Virus record (IMG/VR): IMGVR_UViG_3300037657_000271
Span: 1-63,069 of that record
Length of the DNA stretch: 63,069 nt
Reading direction: 5' to 3' (one strand)
Source: a virus
Taxonomy: Duplodnaviria > Caudoviricetes
Shown here: piece after piece, positions 1-8,821 of the stretch
How positions within the stretch are numbered: position 1 is the stretch's first letter
How the letters are laid out: every line of letters starts with the position of its first letter
The notes under the pieces: generated by a model
Told to the model about the DNA's origin: nothing
Database searches by the model: none
What the model saw: only the letters and a program-made list of their open reading frames with translations
Made by a program: the position numbers and the translations under genes

Positions 1-1455
1 TTATGGGATGCGTATGGTTTTCCCGGTCTGGAGCTTGGTTTTCGATGAAAACCCGTTTAAATCACGAATGGACGCTTGGGAAACCTTGAATTTCTTGGCG
101 ACTCCCCCCAGGGTGTCACCACGTTTCACCGTGTAACTTCGGCTTTTTGCCAGTTTTGCTTTTCTGCGTTTTTCGGCGGCTGCTTTTTTGGCGGCTCGAG
201 CTCTCTCTTCGGCTTCTTTTTGTTCGATGAAACTGAAATAGGCAAAATCCTTGCCGGTTTCGATGTTGGTTTCCAGGTAATCCCTGACTCCTTGATAAAT
301 GCTTTGAGCCAGCCGTTGTTGCGATTGGGGGTTCTTGAGATGCACCACATCCTCGGGATTTGAGGTATAACCCAGCTCAAGCAAAACCGACGGGAGGGAT
401 AAGGAGTGGAGGACTTTGAAACCGGCACGTTTCACGCCACGGGTTGGAAGCCCGGGAACGGCGTTTCCCATACTGGCATTGACCTTCCCTGCCAGCACTC
501 CGCTTTGATACATGATTTCGGCTTGTTTGTTCAGGATTTCGCCTTTGGGAAGAGCTTCGGAGTGGGTTTGGGCGACGCCGCCGACTTCATCCTGGCTGTT
601 TTCCAGTTCGGCCACCAGGTTTTCGGCTTGGCCGACCGCCCCTTTGTATGATTCGTAGTAGACTTCGATGCCTCGGATCGCCTTTTTCCGGTTGTAGTTG
701 ACATGAACGCTGACAAATGCGTCCGCCCCGAGTCGTTCCGCCATTTTTGATCTTTCGTCCAGAGGGATGATGTAGTCGGCCGATCGGGTCAAAATGGCGT
801 GATAGCGGGGATCACGATCGAAATAGGCTTTCACCAGATGGGCAAAGCGCAGAACATAGTCTTTCTCGATGATGCCATTGTGACGGGCACCGGGATCCTC
901 GCCACCGTGCCCTGGATCGATAACGACGATCCTGATGTTCTTGGACTTGAGTTTTCGAACTTCATTGAGTTCGTTTTCCCGCCGGCGTTGAACCATCTGC
1001 ACGGATTCGCTGAGGAAGATTACGATTCGGTCAGGTTTGTAAAGATTTTTGGGGAGGAAAAAGGTGCGCTGTCTGATTCCGGCCGGAATTCGGAAATACA
1101 CCCGAACGGACTTATCATCCCGTTCCTGGACAGTCAAGGCTTTGATGAATTGGTTATACAACGGATAGCTTTGTCGTCCCGGTCGGAAGGAGCACATGGC
1201 GACGTCGAAAAAGTAGGTTCCGTCGGGCAATGCGTTCACCGGGGCAATACGTGGGACTTCATTCAGGTCAATAACAATCTGGGCTTCTTCGGGGCTTTGC
1301 CAGAACCGGATATCCGTGATTCGAAGGTCTTCCTGGGCGATGGCCTGACCGGCAAAAAGGCTGAACAACAAAAAAAGGAGGAACAGGCGCGGGAAGTCGG
1401 TGACTCGAAGACGGTTCAGCATTGCACGTGATGTCCTATGGATTTCTCCATTCAT
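1..1455 (-). CDS. N-acetylmuramoyl-L-alanine amidase (AMIN + Amidase_3 + LysM), host gene
   Basis: Signal peptide, AMIN-like N-domain, VVIDPGHGGEDPGA, EKD, SVH and LLELGY Zn-amidase motifs, C-terminal LysM (YTVKRGDTL). Start uncertain (1422/1455/1500). Confidence 0.92.
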   Translation of the reverse strand: MNGEIHRTSRAMLNRLRVTDFPRLFLLFLLFSLFAGQAIAQEDLRITDIRFWQSPEEAQIVIDLNEVPRIAPVNALPDGTYFFDVAMCSFRPGRQSYPLYNQFIKALTVQERDDKSVRVYFRIPAGIRQRTFFLPKNLYKPDRIVIFLSESVQMVQRRRENELNEVRKLKSKNIRIVVIDPGHGGEDPGARHNGIIEKDYVLRFAHLVKAYFDRDPRYHAILTRSADYIIPLDERSKMAERLGADAFVSVHVNYNRKKAIRGIEVYYESYKGAVGQAENLVAELENSQDEVGGVAQTHSEALPKGEILNKQAEIMYQSGVLAGKVNASMGNAVPGLPTRGVKRAGFKVLHSLSLPSVLLELGYTSNPEDVVHLKNPQSQQRLAQSIYQGVRDYLETNIETGKDFAYFSFIEQKEAEERARAAKKAAAEKRRKAKLAKSRSYTVKRGDTLGGVAKKFKVSQASIRDLNGFSSKTKLQTGKTIRIP

Positions 1456-1888
1456 GGGAACTGAGTATAACAAAGACGGCTTCCGATTGAAAGAGGGCAA
1501 TCGGGTTTCGCCTTAACAGATTCCATCATTCCTTTCGGCGTTTCCGGCCGAATTCCTTAACGATTCACCTCGTGGATTCTTTGGTCGGTCTGGAAAAAAC
1601 GGTTGGACCGGGTTTTCCCTCCTCCGGAATTTCGGAGATGGGGTGTGGTGGAAATGGCGCTCCGGAAAATGGGGAATCTCAGATAGGCCGGGAGGACACA
1701 TTGAACACTTTTCCCGTATCTGAACCAGAGAAGGGAGTTGAAACGACCGCCGGATTTTCCCAGGTTACGAAAAGCAGTCTGCTCTGACTCTCTATCCCAA
1801 ATAAGCCCTGGTTCCGGATGTTCTGATAAGAAATGAGGAAGGGGGGAAAAGTCGAATCAGCATGGGGAGTTTTCCTGAAGTTTTCCCG

Positions 1889-1917
1889 TTGACTTTGTCC
1901 AGGTTTCGTTGTAAAAT
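1889..1917 (+). promoter_or_regulatory. sigma70-type promoter of tRNA-Leu
   Basis: TTGACT-17 bp-TAAAAT ending 13 nt upstream of the tRNA. Confidence 0.7.
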
Positions 1918-1930
1918 TAATACCTCAAAC

Positions 1931-1992
<62 letters not shown>

Positions 1993-2011
<19 letters not shown>

Positions 2012-3492
2012 CCGACCGTATACGCACGTCGTTCCGAAAGGGGCGACGTGAGTATTTTTAGGTGGTCTTTATGGACCTCCACCCGGAGTTGAAGGGCGTG
2101 AAAAACCTCTTTCAACTCCGGTTCGCCGGCAGACGAAAGCTCTCGCTTTACCAGAGCAATGATTTCCTCGATATCCCCAATGGGCAATTCCGAACAATCC
2201 TCAGGAATCTGAGGAATCTCATCCAGGGCCTTTTGTTGCCGGTCCTTTTCCTGTCTGAATTCCTCCAACTTTCCCACCACGAGGTTTCGGGGAATGTCCC
2301 CCTTGGCCAATTCATCCAGCATGACCGATATTTTCTGGTCCACCTGGGCTATTCTTTTCCTGATGACCCCCGCTTCAACTTGAGTCTTCTTTCTCGTTAT
2401 CTCCTGGTTGGCGGCAAACTCTTTGAGAACACTTTCAATCGTTTTTCGGTTCAGGTGGTTCTGGAGAATTTCATTCCTGATGGCGTCGACAATCGCCGAC
2501 TCTTCCGGCCGGTTTTGGTTTTCGCAAAGGTGCCGGTGGCGATTGGCACAACATAGGCGGAACTCCCCCCGCGTTATCCCCCGAACAATATAGGGAGCCC
2601 CGCAAACTCCACAAAAGATCAATCCGGAAAGAGGGTGGGGGCTTCCTGAAAGTCTGGGAGTTTGTTTTGCATTGGCCGCCAATCGGGCCTGAACCTTATT
2701 CCACGTTTCCTCATCAATAATTCTGGGGGCCGCACCCTCCGAAATAACGGTACCACTTTTCGAGCGCCAAACCAGATTACCGCGATAGGTTTCATACCTG
2801 AGAAGTTGGAAGAGAGCCCCCTGGCTCCATGCCTTGGCTTTCCGGGGACGGAACCCCCTTGCAGTCAGTTCGGTAATGGCCTTCTTCAAGCCGAATCCAT
2901 TTGCCATCATGTCGAAGAGATTCTGGACCACGATCGCTTCTTCTTCCTGAATGACGAGAACTGTTCGCTCTTTCCCGGTGGCCTGGTCGATTACCCGTTT
3001 ATTCTGATACCCATAAGGGGCAGTCCCACCGCATCGAAAACCCTTTTTGGTATTGGTGATCATTCCCGACCTGGTTTCCATGGCCAGATTTTCTGAATAA
3101 AACGCCGCCACGGCCTCAATGATGACTTCGAGGAGCCGGCCGGTTGTAGAATCGGTGTCAATGTCCTCCCGGGCGGAAATGACTTTGATGCCCTGCCGGC
3201 GGAGCATCGTCTTGTAGACCCGGGAAACAGTGACATCGCGGGCGAAACGATCATACTTCCTGACCATGAGAACATCCCACGGGCGGGGAGTTTTCTTCGA
3301 ATCGGCAATCATCCGCTGAAATTCCGGGCGGTTTTCAACCTTCCCGCTTTGAGCGGTATCAACGTACTCGGTAACGATCTGACTTTCAGGCCAAAGCCGG
3401 ACAGCCTTTTCCGTGCATTCCGCCCGCTGGGTCTCTATCGTCGCGTCATCTTGGTTGTCCGAAGAATAGCGGAGATACAATGCGATTTTCAC
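1993..3492 (-). CDS. Large serine recombinase (prophage integrase); 3' end overlaps the tRNA
   Basis: YLRYSS catalytic motif, RPEFQRMI, DRFAR, recombinase domain, LSGLIFCGVCG zinc ribbon, coiled coil. Confidence 0.95.
2025..2059 (+). terminator. Hairpin/terminator downstream of tRNA-Leu, inside the integrase CDS
   Basis: CACGTCGTTCC-GAAA-GGGGCGACGTG followed by AGTATTTTT. Confidence 0.55.
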
Positions 3493-3515
3493 AAGAACAC
3501 TACTTATCCCTCAAC

Positions 3516-4691
3516 CTACGTCCCTGGTTGAAGAGAAGCCGTATCATCATCCAGCAATCGAAAATCGGTTATATGATCGATTCGCCCCATTCGAATTCCT
3601 CTTTGAAAATTGCCACACACTCTGATGTAACCAAGGCCTTGTTTGTGCGCCTGAAGAGCAAGTTCATACATACTTGCGTCAAGATTGACCCGGGCTTTTA
3701 ATGCCTCTCCGGCTTCACGGTCCAGAAGAGAAAGAATAACCTCTCCAGCCCTGTTACCATCTTCTCCAACATCACCGTTAAGGCTTTCCACCGTTCCAAC
3801 AAACATTTGGGGCGTATCCATCTCCTTACTTGGCCTTAAAAGCCCGGCAACTTTTTCAATAACTGGAAAATACTCCACAGGAAACGCCACACAAGCAGGG
3901 GTATTGTTTGGTAGTTCCAGATCCCTTGGACTTCCCCATTGTGCTTTCAATTCCAGTTTTCCATCATCCGGAGGTTGCATGCGCAAAAGGGCATCGCAAA
4001 GATTCCATGTGATGGACTTTCCTTCTGTTCCGTCTTTTTCAATTACCCGATCAACGCTATTTTCCTCGATTCCTTTGATTAACCGACTGGTAGCGGTCAT
4101 CAACAAACGTGTTGCCTTTCGCACAAATGGTTCTTCGGTAGGGAGCGGAGGTGCCTCCTTTTCCACGGAAAATAGAGGACAAACAATTTTTATCACATAG
4201 CTTCCATGCTCAGTTTGTCCCGATCGACAATTTTTAATAAGTTGTTCAGCAGGTCCACGGCTCATTCTTGGGTGATGCCTTGCCGGTTTTACAACTGAAC
4301 ACGCAGCCGCCAAAAGAGCTTTTTTTGCCCCCTCTCTCAAGGCAATATCATCCAAAAAGGGGACTTCTCCCATTCTGGAATCTGGCGATGAAATTCTGAA
4401 TCGAAGTACATCGGAATCAACACAATGCAAATCCGACAATACGGAGAGCAGATCTCTTTCTTCAATTGCACTCAGCCTGTTGGCGACTTCTAACATGGCA
4501 TCGCCAAACCCCGGAATTTCGGAATCCATAGGGATGTGTAGTTGTTTAAGCGGAATTTCGGGATGGGCAAGTACCCAAATCCGACCCTTGACCCCCTCAA
4601 CCGATTTCCACTTTCGGGCTTCCCCATATTGCTTAACAGAAAGAGGTTTCAGGCCAAGGGCCAGTTTTAAGAGCTGCTGTTTAGCCTGCAT
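3516..4691 (-). CDS. Hypothetical protein, DUF4365 partner (candidate defence protein)
   Basis: 391-aa ORF with AGGAGG RBS, overlapping the DUF4365 stop; C-terminal OB-like segment. Confidence 0.7.
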   Translation of the reverse strand: MQAKQQLLKLALGLKPLSVKQYGEARKWKSVEGVKGRIWVLAHPEIPLKQLHIPMDSEIPGFGDAMLEVANRLSAIEERDLLSVLSDLHCVDSDVLRFRISSPDSRMGEVPFLDDIALREGAKKALLAAACSVVKPARHHPRMSRGPAEQLIKNCRSGQTEHGSYVIKIVCPLFSVEKEAPPLPTEEPFVRKATRLLMTATSRLIKGIEENSVDRVIEKDGTEGKSITWNLCDALLRMQPPDDGKLELKAQWGSPRDLELPNNTPACVAFPVEYFPVIEKVAGLLRPSKEMDTPQMFVGTVESLNGDVGEDGNRAGEVILSLLDREAGEALKARVNLDASMYELALQAHKQGLGYIRVCGNFQRGIRMGRIDHITDFRLLDDDTASLQPGT

Positions 4692-5214
4692 AGCGTATGT
4701 CCTCCTGTTGGGCAATTCTGAGAAACAAATCGCTCAAGCCCTCTGGGGAAAAAACCTGTGTTTTCGGCAAATACACCGTTTGCCCGGTTGAGTTGGCAGT
4801 TTCGGGAGCTCCTATAAGACTAACCCAATAGGCGCATTTTTGCAAAATCAATTGTGTTGGTGTGTGCTGAAGCCATTTTTCTTTGTTTTTTGGTAAAAAA
4901 AGAACAACAAGCAACTTTGGAGGCAGAGCAGTTTCAGCTCTCAAAACATTGTAACGGTCAACATTGTCCAGAAAATATGGGTATCTTCCATCAATTTCCT
5001 CCACCTCTTTTGTGGTTGCTTTAAGTTGAATGTTTATGGTGATATCCGTTAAAAACGCATTGGAGGAGAATTCCTTAACCTGATGCAAATTTGCATCTAT
5101 TCCAGCGTTGTCAAACTGCCTTGCAGCAACCTGGCAACCGGCCCCAATTTTGGCCGCAACGGCATGGAGATACGCATAACTCAACTCTGATTCGATGTCT
5201 TGATCGGTCATCAT
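4681..5214 (-). CDS. DUF4365 family PD-(D/E)xK-like nuclease-fold protein
   Basis: ELSYAYLHAVAA...DNAGID...IQLKAT...LLVVLFLP...CAYWVSL pattern. Confidence 0.8.
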   Translation of the reverse strand: MMTDQDIESELSYAYLHAVAAKIGAGCQVAARQFDNAGIDANLHQVKEFSSNAFLTDITINIQLKATTKEVEEIDGRYPYFLDNVDRYNVLRAETALPPKLLVVLFLPKNKEKWLQHTPTQLILQKCAYWVSLIGAPETANSTGQTVYLPKTQVFSPEGLSDLFLRIAQQEDIRYAG

Positions 5215-5273
5215 TTATTTCATATCTCCTGCTGGGATTCTCTGAAGGGAAATTGGCCTGATTGGGTCACCCA

Positions 5274-5714
5274 TCACCGCTCCTCCATGATATCCAGGAG
5301 GAATGCTTTTTCCGTTTTCAAATGCTCTGCCAAGGCAAACTGGCAATGAACAAGCTCCTCAAAAGTATCAACAAGATGTTGCCGAAGATCGTCGATTGCC
5401 TGCCAATCCTCGTCGCCGACTCCAATCAGATCAAGATCCTGGAACTCGGCAAACCATTGATCCTCTTCAAAATAGACGGTGATGGTGATTTCTCGCTTCA
5501 ATCGATACTCTTGGGATTTAAGATTCCCAAGTTTCTCTTCTCTGGATGAATGCAACAAGAGAATCCTTTTTCTGGAAAGAAACAGCCCACTCGTGAGGAA
5601 TTTTCTCCATGATAGCAGAAATTGGGGTTTCTTGTAAGTTCCGAATTCTTTGCATGGTATCATTGATCCTTCGTTTTCCACCCAAGTGGCCACATTCAAA
5701 GGATTTTTTGACAT
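5274..5714 (-). CDS. Hypothetical protein with HicB-like C-terminal fold
   Basis: ITVYFEEDQWFAEFQDLDLIGVGDEDWQAIDDL resembles the HicB partial RNase H fold; start uncertain. Confidence 0.45.
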   Translation of the reverse strand: MSKNPLNVATWVENEGSMIPCKEFGTYKKPQFLLSWRKFLTSGLFLSRKRILLLHSSREEKLGNLKSQEYRLKREITITVYFEEDQWFAEFQDLDLIGVGDEDWQAIDDLRQHLVDTFEELVHCQFALAEHLKTEKAFLLDIMEER

Positions 5715-5715
5715 T

Positions 5716-6855
5716 TTACTCCTTCCTCCACTTGCCTAGCTGGCCAGTCTTCAAGACCTTCACAAGTCGTGGACCCATTTCTTCTGGAAGTTGCTTTTCC
5801 CCTGAAGTAGAGAAATGGCACTCTGAACATTGAACTCTGATTTTATTTGTGTCCCTCTCTGAAACCAATAATTCATGGGAATTACATCTTGGACAAGCCA
5901 TCATCCAAGAGGAAATGATCTTGCGAATATCCTGTATTGAAGCAAGTTTTTTCCGTCTCAGGTGACTTTTAACCTCATGAAAACCATTGTTCACTTGATT
6001 TTTACGGAAATGCAATGGAACAAAAGAAAAAAAATCGGTTTCAACCTTTTGTTTGAGCCTGTCATGAGAATCGGAAGGCTCCATTCCATGATGGAATAAA
6101 CAAAGAGAAACTAGATTCTCTTGAATGTGGCTTCCACCTTTTGAGATTGGAATTACATGATGAATGTGAAGTGGAAGTCTATTTGGACAACCCGTTACTT
6201 GGCAGGTGTGCCTATCGCGCTCCAATACCTTTGCCCTAAGTTCTTCCCAAAACGGGGGATAACCTGGCCAATGTTGAAAAATGAAAAGAATTTTTCGGTC
6301 AGAATCTGATAGATAGGCTGAATTAAGAAAAGAAAAAAGATTGGGTTTTGGTTCCTCGGGGAAGTTTCGTGAAAAATTTTCCTGCTCATTTTTAATCAAA
6401 ACCTTTTTGTTTTTTTCAAAATCAATTGAACAGACGATTGAGAAAACAACAAAAACGAGAAAACCAGGGAAGAGAAAAGAAAGAAGAAAAAAGATACATC
6501 CGAAAAATGGTCCGGAATAAGGTTCTTGTTTTATTTTTTCAATTTTTTTATTGAGAAGTTCAATGTTTTCGTCCCTTAATTTGGTTCTCGCGAGATACTC
6601 TCTTCTTTGAAATTCATATTTTTCGGGATATTGAATTGTTGAAATATTATTCAGACAGCAAACGCAAAGAGGGGTCCTGTCAGAAAGAAATATCATTTCT
6701 TGAGAAATAAGCCCACAAAAAAAACAGGTTGCATGCCCCCGTCTTATGTCATCTAGTGAAAAATAGTTTTTTTGCTTTTCGAGGATTCCATCAATATTCA
6801 CCCTTGCCAAAAGGCTTTTTGGAGAATAAGCTGCAAAAAAATCTGTTGAGGTCAA
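5716..6855 (-). CDS. Membrane-anchored HNH endonuclease
   Basis: Hydrophobic segment (FFGCIFFLLSFLFPGFLVFVVFSIVC), WEELRAKVLERD..CQ..C...HIHHVIPISKGGSH..NLVSLC..H HNH motif, terminal CxxC pairs; AT-rich. Confidence 0.8.
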   Translation of the reverse strand: MTSTDFFAAYSPKSLLARVNIDGILEKQKNYFSLDDIRRGHATCFFCGLISQEMIFLSDRTPLCVCCLNNISTIQYPEKYEFQRREYLARTKLRDENIELLNKKIEKIKQEPYSGPFFGCIFFLLSFLFPGFLVFVVFSIVCSIDFEKNKKVLIKNEQENFSRNFPEEPKPNLFSFLNSAYLSDSDRKILFIFQHWPGYPPFWEELRAKVLERDRHTCQVTGCPNRLPLHIHHVIPISKGGSHIQENLVSLCLFHHGMEPSDSHDRLKQKVETDFFSFVPLHFRKNQVNNGFHEVKSHLRRKKLASIQDIRKIISSWMMACPRCNSHELLVSERDTNKIRVQCSECHFSTSGEKQLPEEMGPRLVKVLKTGQLGKWRKE

Positions 6856-6946
6856 AGCGCCTAATCCACGGTCGGCCGACCAGTAATTTTTAAAAGTTGG
6901 TTGGGATGAATTGCACTACCACTCCCGAAATTTTTAGTTCGGAATT

Positions 6947-7771
6947 TTAAAACTCTTGTTTGGACAGAATCACGCGGCCCACAAGAACCAGATTGTTGAC
7001 CTGCTCTCCAACGAGAATAATAGGCTCAACCATAGGATTATCTGGCTTCAAGATAATGGTATCATCAGCCCGGTAAAACCTCTTCAGTGTGAATTCATCG
7101 AATGGCCCGAGTTTGGTCACGTAAACCTTTCCGTTCACGGGAGCTCGATCCGCTTCGACAATCACCAGGTCGCCGGGGTTGATTCGCGGGGTCATGGAGT
7201 CGCCCTTTACTATCAGGCCGAAGAGCCTTCGCCCCTTTGCCTCAAATTCCGGCATGTAATAATGCCCGATCGGCTCTCCGGAAATTTCCTCTGGGGGGCC
7301 GGCGGGAATCTTCCCAAAGATCGGGATCGGGATAGTCTTCTGGACGTTGGCTGGGTTGCGGTTCAATTGATCCAAAGGATCAATGAGATCTAGAGGGGAA
7401 ACACCCAACAACACGGCAATTTCTTTTACTTCATTTTCACTGGGCAAAACCCGGCCAATTTCCCAGTGTTGGAATTTTTCCCGACTGATGTTCGCCATTT
7501 TCATGAGTTCTTTCCGGCTCAATTGTGCGCTTATCAAAAATAAGTCGACCTTTCTGACAAAGCTCGACCTAATTGGATTGTCTGAGATGAGTTCGTCTGG
7601 GGGGATTTCCAAGGCATGAGCAATCTTTTCAATGGTCTCTGGGTCCGGAGTAGAACGCTCAGTAAGCCAATTTGTGATGTCGTATGGCTTACGATTAATT
7701 TTTTCGGCCAATTCCGAATTTTTAACTGTTTTCCTTTTTAAAACCTCTCGAAGTCGTGTTCCAAAGCTCAA
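6947..7771 (-). CDS. CI-like repressor: two XRE HTH domains + S24 peptidase
   Basis: Two HTH repeats, IPAG cleavage site, VKGDSM serine and TLKR lysine motifs. Confidence 0.9.
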   Translation of the reverse strand: MSFGTRLREVLKRKTVKNSELAEKINRKPYDITNWLTERSTPDPETIEKIAHALEIPPDELISDNPIRSSFVRKVDLFLISAQLSRKELMKMANISREKFQHWEIGRVLPSENEVKEIAVLLGVSPLDLIDPLDQLNRNPANVQKTIPIPIFGKIPAGPPEEISGEPIGHYYMPEFEAKGRRLFGLIVKGDSMTPRINPGDLVIVEADRAPVNGKVYVTKLGPFDEFTLKRFYRADDTIILKPDNPMVEPIILVGEQVNNLVLVGRVILSKQEF

Positions 7772-7805
7772 TCAAAAACTCCTAGCAAAAAATGCAAAAA
7801 ACCTG

Positions 7806-7834
7806 TTGACTTAGATAGCAATTTTTGCTATCTT
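7806..7834 (+). promoter_or_regulatory. Early lytic promoter overlapped by a palindromic operator
   Basis: TTGACT-17-TATCTT; AGATAGCAA-TTT-TTGCTATCT (7813-7833) spans the spacer and -10. Confidence 0.8.
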
Positions 7835-7989
7835 AAAGACATAAGCGAACCGCCGGAGAATCTCCGGACCTGACAATCTAAAGATACTCTGCGCGGCCGC
7901 TGTTTGCAAGTTCTTTCTTAATTAGGTTTTCCGGGACAAGCGGGCCGCGAATCAGCAAAACCTGCCACTCGCAAGGGTGGTTAGTTTTT

Positions 7990-8039
7990 GAGAACCCCTC
8001 CAAGGTTGCTTGTCCCAACCAAGGAGGGGTTCTCTTTTT
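7990..8039 (+). terminator. Intrinsic terminator/attenuator in the early leader
   Basis: GAGAACCCCTCC..GGAGGGGTTCTC stem followed by TTTTT. Confidence 0.7.
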
Positions 8040-8068
8040 ACCAATGCGTAGCTTGAAAGGAGACATGG

Positions 8069-8266
8069 ATGGTTAAGCGAGTCGAAATTTTCCATATCCA
8101 AGGCATCGGTAGTGTTTCCATCACCCATGACAGCATCAAACTTTTGGATGGCGTTTTGAAAATGGTTTTCGGGCAGAAAAGCTTTGTAAGTTCGAATCAT
8201 TCCTTGATGGATTCCATAGCCTCATCAACCGCGACCACCAGTGATTTGAGATTGCGGAGGGAATAA
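8069..8266 (+). CDS. Small hypothetical phage protein
   Basis: GGAG RBS; first ORF after the leader. Confidence 0.55.
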   Translation: MVKRVEIFHIQGIGSVSITHDSIKLLDGVLKMVFGQKSFVSSNHSLMDSIASSTATTSDLRLRRE

Positions 8267-8443
8267 ATGAATCTGAAGATTGGTCCGGTTCCCTTGAGTC
8301 TTGCGGAAATATCCAGGAAGAACCCGGCCTTGAGAGCGGAGAGCGTGATCGAGGAAGTCAAGCGGCTTCATAAAACCGGGAAGTTGACCCCGATCTTTGA
8401 CGAGCAAGACGGGGTAAAGGTCTGCCTCTGGAGGCGGAAATGA
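8267..8443 (+). CDS. Small hypothetical protein (58 aa)
   Basis: GGAGG RBS, abuts the upstream stop; MNLKIGPVPLSLAEISRK... Confidence 0.5.
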   Translation: MNLKIGPVPLSLAEISRKNPALRAESVIEEVKRLHKTGKLTPIFDEQDGVKVCLWRRK

Positions 8444-8565
8444 AATCAAGAAAAAAGGTTCTACCAATTGTTTGGGTCACCCGGCCTACGGTGGAACAGG
8501 AAAAGGAAATGGTCAAGGTCCTGCTGAAGAGGGTCCTTGCCAGAAGGGAAACAAAGCAATCATGA
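8440..8565 (+). CDS. Small basic hypothetical protein (41 aa)
   Basis: ATGA overlap, GGAGG RBS; MKSRKKVLPIVWVTRP... Confidence 0.45.
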   Translation: MKSRKKVLPIVWVTRPTVEQEKEMVKVLLKRVLARRETKQS

Positions 8566-8699
8566 GGACCGCGCATTGTGGCGTTGGGAGCGAAGGTCAG
8601 AGAAATGACCGCTCCGGCGGAATGGTTCCGCTCAGGGAGATCGCGCCTCCCGTCCTCGCTGGTAGGCCGAAAGGTCTGGTTCCGGCGGGGCAACCCGCT
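8563..8699 (+). ncRNA. Putative tRNA-like structured ncRNA plus two GNRA hairpins
   Basis: Hand-folded cloverleaf closed by TGAGGAC/GTCCTCG with four internal arms, then AGGCC-GAAA-GGTCT and GGCGGG-GCAA-CCCGCT. Confidence 0.5.
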
Positions 8700-8705
8700 C
8701 TATTT

Positions 8706-8778
8706 GTCCCCGTGGTCCAGTGGAGTGGACGCCGCCCTGTCACGGCGGAAATCGCAGGTTCGATCCCTGTCGGGGACG
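8706..8778 (+). tRNA. tRNA-Asp(GTC), phage-encoded
   Basis: GTCCCCG/CGGGGAC acceptor stem, CCGCC-CTGTCAC-GGCGG anticodon arm, GGTTCGATCCC. Confidence 0.93.
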
Positions 8779-8821
8779 CTGATCCTCTTTTCGCCCGGAG
8801 TTTCCCGGGCACTGAAAGAAC

